Of a stretch of 36,195 nt of DNA, positions 23,028 to 30,856 are shown piece by piece. The position numbers and the translations under genes were made by a program. How positions within the stretch are numbered: the stretch's first letter is position 1; every line of letters starts with the position of its first letter. The notes below the pieces were generated by a model. It saw only the letters and a program-made list of their open reading frames with translations, made no database searches and was not told where the DNA came from. Source of the stretch: Asterionella formosa (Eukaryota); NCBI GenBank assembly GCA_002256025.1, contig NKIB01015389.1, forward strand, positions 1 to 36,195, given 5' to 3'.

Positions 23028-23600
23028 ATGCTAAAGTCAACAGCCCGCTCGACCAGCCGCTTACTAGCGGGACGACGAACCCTGGCCACAACACAAGGCA
23101 CTCGCTCCAGTCTGCCCAAGTCGCCGCAGCCGTCCATGCCAACGGGTTCGATAGATCCAAATTACTTGGCACAGCTGCGCATTGAACAAGACATTGGGAA
23201 TTTGTCTGGTATTGAAGCTGTGCAAGCCATGCCATTTCGTATCAAAGCTCAAAACTATGCGACTGCTATGACGTTAATGGGATTTTGTGTCGGGGTCTGG
23301 TATTACAGCATGTCTAGTGTTGGCAATGCTGGTACGAAGGACGAACCGTTGTCGCAGTTGATGATCGAAGCAAATGCGGCCAGCCTCAAGAAAGATAAGC
23401 AGTCTGAAAGAGATGAGGAGAGTTTGAAGCATTTGGACTTGGGCGTGTCTGACCAAGACTTGGAGGACGGCATTGAGATGGCACTGGCTGCACCAGATGA
23501 GATTGCGGAGCAAGAAGAAGCAGAGAATCGGGCGGGATTGAAAGAAAGCGCCACCTCCAAACGGTCTTTGTTAAATCGAATTATTTTCTTTTGGAAATGA
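23028..23600 (+). CDS. Mitochondrial COA3/CCDC56-like (cytochrome c oxidase assembly factor 3-like) protein
   Basis: Arg/Ser/Thr-rich mitochondrial presequence. KAQNYATAMTLMGFCVGVWYYSMSSV resembles the COA3 transmembrane motif. Acidic tail. Confidence 0.65.
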   Translation: MLKSTARSTSRLLAGRRTLATTQGTRSSLPKSPQPSMPTGSIDPNYLAQLRIEQDIGNLSGIEAVQAMPFRIKAQNYATAMTLMGFCVGVWYYSMSSVGNAGTKDEPLSQLMIEANAASLKKDKQSERDEESLKHLDLGVSDQDLEDGIEMALAAPDEIAEQEEAENRAGLKESATSKRSLLNRIIFFWK

Positions 23601-23712
23601 ACGCTGCCTAAAACGAATGTCCTTTTGAGTTCCTAGCTTTACTGTTACATTACATTTACTACGGAATTGGGTATTTCACCGTTAACAATCCTTGATAATG
23701 TCAATGATTTCA

Positions 23713-24151
23713 TTAATTTAGTCTAGGGTCGTCGTCCTTGGCATGCTTGCACCAATATTGGGAGGGTATTCCAGGCCAGGTGGGAGGAATAGGACGCCGC
23801 TCTTTCGAAGCGGAAATACTGCCTACGCCGAAAGCAAGAACGCCTACTACACCAAAGGCAACAGCTGTGTTGCGTTTCCAGGCATTTGGCAAGCACCACC
23901 AACCACCTGAAGGTGTCCAGATCTAGAGGAGAGTTAGGATGAGAGCAACGAGAATGTTAGCGCAATACATCCATTTTGGCTTCCAGCTCCGTCCATGGGT
24001 AACAGAATCACCGTGAAGTCGAACGAGTCAATACTCCTGTTCCGTCGTTTCTTCCAGCATTACCGGGTATTTCATCACCGCCATCGCTTGCTATCTTATT
24101 CACCACGGACCAACGCACCTTCGGAACGTAATACCAACCACCACCGCCCAT
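23713..24151 (-). CDS. 80-aa single-TM protein, NUUM-like putative complex I accessory subunit; 2 exons (24151-24119, 23922-23713); absent from the ORF track
   Basis: MGGGGWYYVPK|IWTPSGGWWCLPNAWKRNTAVAFGVVGVLAFGVGSISASKERRPIPPTWPGIPSQYWCKHAKDDDPRLN*. Phase-0 intron 24118-23923 (GTGCGT..GCTAAC..TAG). Resembles the fungal PKxVWSPAGGWWxxPxNWKxNT family. Confidence 0.75.
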
Positions 24152-24749
24152 TGTAGGATTCAAACGAGGATCTCGAAGGGCTTAGCTTGCCTTGTGATGC
24201 AATCAATGTGTTGATACCGATTCTTGCTTGTCCCTGGTATGCTGAGTCTCTACCGTAAATACCGGTAATAGGTTAGCATACCGGTACATACGTGATATTC
24301 TTTATGTACCCCCAGTGAGTACCTAGTACCCTAGTACCAGCATTACCAACTGGTGCTCCAAGTGCAGACATACCGGCATTTGTGTACAGTACGTATGGAT
24401 TTAGTTACCAGTTGGGGTAACAGGTACCGTTATACCGGTACATATGTAGGATCAATATTAATTTGTCTGTCTAAATACCGGTAGCACTTTACTACCCGCG
24501 CGAAACAGGTACGACAGCACCACTTGCTTGCATAAGCAATGTCTGTGTCTAGTGCCCAGTAGCTCGTAACCCCACAACTTTTCCATTCCCCACCCTCGTC
24601 TGCTCCTCTTCGCCAGAACTGCCTTGGTGCGGAGTAGCTACATACGTATATACTGTTCAATTCGACGAGACAGAGCGAAGCAAAATAATTATTTATGTAC
24701 AGCGTAGAGACACAAGCATACCAGTAATCGAGACGAACACGAAGCCACG

Positions 24750-25438
24750 ATGAGCATCTCCCTCCGGTTCGACCAACAGAAGTTCCTCTGTGTCCTCCTT
24801 TTTGTTACGATGATTGTTATGTCTCTAGCTCAAGAAGTGAGTCAAATAAGGACGAATAAAAATATTGTTGTTGTACTTTTAGGCACTCACTTCCATGGAC
24901 CTTTCTCGAATTTCCTCCACAGGCCAACCCTGCTATTGATCTCCCTCGAGACTTGACTCTTCCCCGAACGAATCCAGCAGACCATTCTGTACAATTTCTT
25001 TTTTGCCGAGGGTGAGGCATGCAACGGAATTTCGTCTCGGCCAAGATGTATCTTGAAGGCGAATTTCCGGGAATTCACGTGGACGGGGAGAATTACCCGC
25101 CTCCACCAATCATTGAACTGTTCATGAAGTTGTTGCAGGCCATTCAACTCTTTGCCATGGGATTAATTGTTTTTGGTGATGTCTTCTGGACAAACATTCT
25201 GAGGTTTCGATCTGTTCCTGCATTTTACCACAAAATTAAGGAGTACTACTTCCAAATGGGCCTTTTGGTCTTTTTCGTGATTCCTCAGATGTTGAATAAA
25301 TACATCATTACTGGGGCGTTTGAAATGATTTTGGATGGAGTAATAGTTTACAGCAAATTGGAAACGGGGCGTATGCCCAACGCTGGTGAATTGTCGGCTC
25401 CGCTGGAGGCAATTGGTCTGTTGAGGGGTGGAAAGTAG
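24750..25438 (+). CDS. SELENOT: Selenoprotein T-like (Rdx family), Sec-containing, CRGU motif; 2 exons (24750-24836, 24923-25438); TGA at 25013-25015 = Sec
   Basis: Signal-peptide exon, then a phase-0 intron 24837-24922 (GTGAGT..CAG), then QFLF-C-R-G-TGA-GMQRNF, GENYPPP, a hydrophobic middle and TGAFE...YSKLETGRMP. A SECIS lies in the 3' UTR and the tandem paralogue has Cys at the same position. Confidence 0.92.
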
Positions 25439-25466
25439 TTCGAGGCGCCAGGAGAGTTGAATTGAT

Positions 25467-25546
25467 TCGATTTCATTCTGGAATGACGAGCATTTATCAA
25501 ATTTATTTATTTATTTTTGATGCTTTGAAAACAAGAAAGAAATCGA
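25467..25546 (+). promoter_or_regulatory. SECIS element
   Basis: Helix I TCGATTTC/GAAATCGA plus TTCT/AGAA. Core ATGA (25483-86) opposite TGAA (25526-29). Helix II GAGCATT/GATGCTT. AAA (25499-501) lies 12 nt after ATGA. Confidence 0.85.
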
Positions 25547-25584
25547 TACAGGGAAACTTGTAAGGATTGGCCTCACACAACTAT

Positions 25585-25640
25585 GCTTGAATGACGACGG
25601 GAGTTTCGACTTTTTTGTCCACTCTTTTCTGAACAATTGC
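25585..25640 (+). promoter_or_regulatory. Second SECIS-like hairpin (no apical AA)
   Basis: ATGA (25591-94) opposite TGAA (25630-33). Stem GACGGGAGT/ACTCTTTTC, apical ministem GAC/GTC and basal TTG/CAA. Confidence 0.4.
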
Positions 25641-26458
25641 GCCATGTGTGAAATATGCCAGTTTTGTCATAAAATCAGTGCCAGTGTAACAAGAAACAGG
25701 ATAAGGATATTGTTTAGGACGTAGTAGAGAAGATTACCATAATTTTGGATTAGTCATTTCCTGTTTCGCCATGGCTTTTGCCTTTTTTGGTCTCTGCTGA
25801 TGTTGAGAATGAATTCGAAGCATCATGATATGAATAATTCATTTATTTTTACCGTAATGATTTCTACTACAACAAAAGCCACCATGGCGATATTTTGAGC
25901 CGAAGATAACCATCACCCTGCAGAACATGGATGTTCCTTTGAAGCTGTAGATGATGTCTTAGACCTCTTGTATGTCATCGTAACTAGAAAAAGGGGGGTT
26001 GAGTTGAATTTCTTTTCAATGGAATGGAAAACTATCCTAAGGAAAGTAGCATCAAGTATTTGCTCTCCATAACTTGTACACTAGCCTAACTCTTTTCTAG
26101 GAGCCATTATACACATCGGAGTTGCCGTCACCATCATAGACTACCGGTATTTCTTGCAAACTTTGGGTGTTCGCTAACTGACATACCGGTACTACCTTAT
26201 GCAGGTTCTCCAAGTACCAGGTACTCGGAGTACCTGGTACCACGTACCACCGGGAACCGGTAGCTGGTACTCCGAGTATCAGGTAGTAACATACACGGTA
26301 CTGGTACCAGGTACCAGGTACCCGGTTTCTCAGGAAAACAATACATATATGTATGATGCCGGGATGTAGCAAGCATAAAAGCCAGATCGCTCGTTCAGAC
26401 AAATTCTTGTTTCCTCTTTCGTTTCGCCAGTGGTGACAAAACTTCATCCGTATTGACC

Positions 26459-27204
26459 ATGGTAGGCACTTCGAGTACCGGTATCTCGTTCCGGTTCGAC
26501 CGCCAGAGAGTTCTTTGTGTCTTCCTTTGCATCTTACTCTCTGGCATCGTTTTTTCTCAAGAAGTGAGTAAATGGCGGATAAATCGATTCTTAATAATGG
26601 CTTAATGTTTTTGTTTCCGTTGTGTACCGGTATTCCATGTAGCCACTCACACTCACTTTCCATGAATGGAATTATTTGACTCCCTGGACAGGACGATGCT
26701 ATTGCCCTCCCTCAAGATTTGACTACTCCCCCACCTAATCCCGCGGAACATTCAATCAAATTCCTATTCTGTCAAGCGTGTGGTATGGAACGGAACTTCC
26801 TCTTCATTAAGCATTTTCTTGAAGCCGAGTTTCCTGGGATTCATGTTGACGGTGGCAATTACCCAACACCACCAATCATTGAGCTGCTCATGATGTCTAT
26901 GAAGGGCACGCAACTTTTCGCGATGGGACTCATCATTTTTGGAAATGGACTGTGGACCAACATTCTGAGATTTCGATCGGTTCCTACGTTTTACTACAAG
27001 GTGAAGGAAAATTATTTTGTTTCGTTCGTCGTTGTTTTCTTTGTCTTTCCGGGACTTTTGAAAAGGTATGAGAAGACGGGGGCATTCGAAATGATTTTAG
27101 ATGGAGTCACAGTCTATAGTAAGTTGGAGACTGGGCGCATGCCCGAACAAGGTGATCTATTGGCTCCGCTGGAGGCCATTGGTTTGTTCAAGAGTAGAAG
27201 ATAG
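26459..27204 (+). CDS. Selenoprotein T-like paralogue, Cys form (CQAC); 2 exons (26459-26563, 26692-27204)
   Basis: Colinear with the upstream copy. Same intron position (SQE|GTGAGT; intron 26564-26691). TGT at 26779-26781 aligns with the Sec TGA of copy 1. Confidence 0.9.
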
Positions 27205-27444
27205 TAGCTCGTAGGAAAGGGTGGATGAGATCGCAAGAATTTATTTTCTGGCATGGCTAGTAGTCATCGGCTTTTTAAGACGCATCGAAATCAAGGAATT
27301 AGCACGTATGCTTAAAAAGTGTGGGTTCAGGTAGACGACAACCAGGAGTGGAGTGCTGTTGGCCTAAAGCCCATGGAAGAGGTGTGTTTCTTTCAAAGAT
27401 ATGGACCACTGACCTAGTCTCATTCATGCATTGGTAGTGCGAAA

Positions 27445-29499
27445 TTATTGGTCCTTCTTTTGAACCGCCAAATCTCTGAGAATGCGTGCGTCTTCCTCGT
27501 GCACAAATTGTGTTCGCTCCAGCTCCTCCATGATTATTTCTGGAATCTCAGGAACAACCGCACGGATCAGTAACCCTGTATAAACTAATATACGTTCCAT
27601 TCCAAAAATTATGAAAACAACAATCCAGCCCTTGCCTGGTATCAAACGCAAGTGACCCGAATCGTCATAATGGTAAAATCCAGGAAGATACTCTCGCATT
27701 TGACCGGAAGTGAAACCAAAGATGAGACAATTTGTGAGAGCTGACAACCATGTAATTCCTAGTAACAAAGTCTTCCACATTCCTAAGCCATTACTCCGGG
27801 TCGACTTGGGCCTTCGACACAAAAATGTCAGCTTGAAACAATCAGCTCGAATTTCGATCAAGTTGGCCACGATTGCAATTAGTGACGCCAATGGATAGGC
27901 CGATGCAAAGAGTGTCACGTAACCATACTGAATCACGATTTCCATGTAGTCATCAAACTGTTCATATTCATCAAGCTCTGCTTCAGTTGAGAGCGAAAAA
28001 GGAGTTGTGCACTTCTTTCTAGTCAAACGTTGAGCAATCATGGGGGTTAAACATTCCAAGAAGAGACGTCGAAATGTGTCGATGTTGAAGACCGAAACAA
28101 GCTCAGAGGTGAGCTTGTTCATGTTTCGCTCAAAAAAGGCCAAGTAGAAGAGTGCGACATAGCAATCAAAAGCTTCGAAAAGAAAGCGCTTCAAAACGAG
28201 CGAGTTTGTGTAACTGGGCAACGTCTGGTGATTTTCCCATTCTGTAAGATGAGTGGCGACCACTCTATAAATCTTATTCAATGAGAAAATTGTGGCCACG
28301 TGAACAATGACTGGCACCAATGATCTGATCGTAGAATTGGCATCAAAAATTTCTCCTGGGTCAGCGAGTTTAGATAGGCTTGGAAAGTAGAATGGATGGG
28401 AGCTACCTGTACCCCATCGATCAGGGTCGTGTTTGGGATCGATGTAGCCTTGAAGGTTTAACGAAAAAATCATGGCTGTAAACGCGACGCCGAGCATGGC
28501 AATTGTCACAATGGCAGACACGGCAAATTTCAACCGTCGCTTGAACTGTGGATAGTGTACTTCTAGCCGTCCTGTCACGGGAGATATTCTCAATTTCCCC
28601 CTGAACTCAGTGCGTACTTCAAAATAGGTTTGTCGTTCGTATTCGTTCAGTAGTGTTCCCCATTGGTATGACCACTGGTACTCTTGACGTCCCCAAAACT
28701 GCAAAAAAATAATTGCCCAAAGGAAAGTGATTAATCCATAAAATGGTGTGAATTCGTCATTATCAATGGTATCATTTCGGTACCATCGATAAAATGATGC
28801 ACAAGTCCCAAGGAAGCCGGGGACGAGGAGCCACTGCGTAAGGAATCCCATCCAACCAAAGTAAAAGGCGACTTCATCGCCATAATATCCTTGAATCAGG
28901 TGTGTTGGGGGTAGCAAACCCCAACCACATGTCTTCTTCCAAATATCTTCCTTCAATCTGGTTAGATGCAGAGATGTTACAACGTCCACAAGTCCTGCAC
29001 GTGTCAATACATAGCGGAGCGACTGGGTAGGATGCTCCTCTTCGCCTGGTGCGATCAAGTCACTTTTGGATGCGCAAAGTCTGCGGCGATATGGTATTTT
29101 GAGTGCGTCGAGCTGACGAGAAAGATCCGAGTATATCTGGCCTTTAGGTAATACATCAACGTCGTTCAAAATTCTCCAACAGAGCAAGGCCCAATCGTTG
29201 TGCGACAAGAGATTATTGGCGAAATTGCTTCGATGCTCCCATCGAAAGGGTTCCATAATTCCCTTGTCGATTCTCTTCTTGATTAGTCTAATCTTTTGTG
29301 CTTCGAGCAAGAGGACTCGCTCTGTCGTTGTGATTCCAAGCGCAACAGGTTGGTTCGATTCTTCACGGTCAACCACTTTCAGTCCTACTTCCATGAGGCG
29401 ATCCACTATGCAGGAAATCAAATCTGCAGATGTCTCTTGCGCAAATCTCATCAAAATGATGGGCTGGGTCTCCATTTCCTGGATGGTTAGTGTCGCCAT
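27445..29499 (-). CDS. Anoctamin (TMEM16) family Ca-activated channel/scramblase
   Basis: IQGYYGDEVAFYFGW, LTEWENHQT, LKRFLFE, DDYMEIVIQYGYVTLFASAYPLA, NLIEIRADCFKL and multiple TM segments. Confidence 0.95.
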   Translation of the reverse strand: MATLTIQEMETQPIILMRFAQETSADLISCIVDRLMEVGLKVVDREESNQPVALGITTTERVLLLEAQKIRLIKKRIDKGIMEPFRWEHRSNFANNLLSHNDWALLCWRILNDVDVLPKGQIYSDLSRQLDALKIPYRRRLCASKSDLIAPGEEEHPTQSLRYVLTRAGLVDVVTSLHLTRLKEDIWKKTCGWGLLPPTHLIQGYYGDEVAFYFGWMGFLTQWLLVPGFLGTCASFYRWYRNDTIDNDEFTPFYGLITFLWAIIFLQFWGRQEYQWSYQWGTLLNEYERQTYFEVRTEFRGKLRISPVTGRLEVHYPQFKRRLKFAVSAIVTIAMLGVAFTAMIFSLNLQGYIDPKHDPDRWGTGSSHPFYFPSLSKLADPGEIFDANSTIRSLVPVIVHVATIFSLNKIYRVVATHLTEWENHQTLPSYTNSLVLKRFLFEAFDCYVALFYLAFFERNMNKLTSELVSVFNIDTFRRLFLECLTPMIAQRLTRKKCTTPFSLSTEAELDEYEQFDDYMEIVIQYGYVTLFASAYPLASLIAIVANLIEIRADCFKLTFLCRRPKSTRSNGLGMWKTLLLGITWLSALTNCLIFGFTSGQMREYLPGFYHYDDSGHLRLIPGKGWIVVFIIFGMERILVYTGLLIRAVVPEIPEIIMEELERTQFVHEEDARILRDLAVQKKDQ

Positions 29500-29884
29500 G
29501 GTGGGCGGTGGAGTGCTGCCAACTATGCACGGGGAGGATTGGCATCAAGTATTCCGCAGTTTCTTGATTACAAGGTCTATTGTAATACCGGTTGTTGAAT
29601 CTACAAGTAGGACCTGTCTTCTATTGTGTCTTTAAGGCAACAATGTAAATGAGGACAGACAACAAAAGAGGTTTGATCGATTGCAAACCAGATACCGGCA
29701 ATTAATTAAGAGTGAACGAGTAAAGCCCATGCTTACTGTGTGTGTGTTCCTACTATCAGGCACCTGTATCCTGGTCCTGGTCCCGGGCACGTAATGTTAA
29801 ACTGATTGTGGCGTGATCTCTGGTGACGCTCCCTTTTTCTTTTTTCGTCGTATGCCTATAACTGAATCCATCCGTTTTCTGTAG

Positions 29885-30755
29885 AGTCAGTATATCACTT
29901 GATGATCATGTAGTGATATATATAAGAGATTGAGTCTTAAATGGAAGGTAATGAAAACTAGAAATTTCCAGAAGATTACAGATTGTAGAAGGATCCAAGG
30001 TTGTGTACTAGAACTTAAGTGACAAACTGTGTGAAAGGTTGAGAAGGGTGGATCTTGTAGGGATCCAAGGTGGTAGATCTTGTAGGGATCCAAGGTTGAA
30101 AGAAAGGAATGAATGTAAGTTTGGTTGACAAAACTGATGTTTTCAATTATACTATGAGCTTAATTCTAGTTGGCAAAATGAGGAAGGTGAGGAAGTGCCA
30201 GAAGCAACTAATGAAGTGCTGGCATCATGGAATGAGTAATGAATCTACAGAATCCTAAGGGAAGCAAAGGTAGAGAAATGCCAGTAGCAAGATCAGAGGT
30301 GCTGACAGTAAGCTGTGTATGAAATGTACAGCCTGGTACCATAGACCTGCCTACTTGGTACCAGCAGCATTGTGCTGGTGCTGTTATACCAGTACTACTA
30401 TGCATAAAATCTGGTACCAGTACACAGTCTGGTAGCATCACTAAATTCCCGCCGGAAGTATCATCATGGTACCTGCCTGGTAACACAGAACCATCATCTG
30501 ATGGCCAGTACTAGGTACTACTACCACCAGGTACCAGGTACAAAGCCTGTTACTGCTAAGCATCACTAAATTCCTGCCGGCAGCTGCTGGTGTGCAAACC
30601 AGTAGTACCTGGTAGTAAAGTGCTGCTCCAGCCAGCAGTATGGTGCTGCCGTCATTGACAGGGCAGAACCGATTTAGCGCTACTACTGTTGGTAATATAC
30701 CAGCATTGCTCCTAGTAGCTACTAGTATACAAATGACCAGTACGCTATACTGACT
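29885..30755 (-). repeat. 3' LTR (871 bp) with 10-bp terminal inverted repeat AGTCAGTATA...TATACTGACT
   Basis: 29885-30011 is identical to 36069-36195. The other end abuts the PPT and carries the inverted copy of the terminus (30746-30755). Confidence 0.85.
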
Positions 30756-30765
30756 CTCCCTCTCA
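30756..30765 (-). other. Polypurine tract (TGAGAGGGAG)
   Basis: Purine run on the element strand immediately before the 3' LTR, about 90 nt after the RNase H stop. Confidence 0.8.
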
Positions 30766-30856
30766 TCTGAAGATACCAACTGAAAGAAGATTGAGGAGTG
30801 AATGAGACAAATATTATTGGTATCACAGGGGGAAGCAATGCATAGAATAGTAAACA

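Noticed and set aside
25012..25017. GTGAGG overlapping the Sec TGA as a possible splice donor, or the TGA as a pseudogene stop
   Set aside because: The paralogue is colinear through this site with Cys, the motif is the SelT CxxU position, and a SECIS is present.
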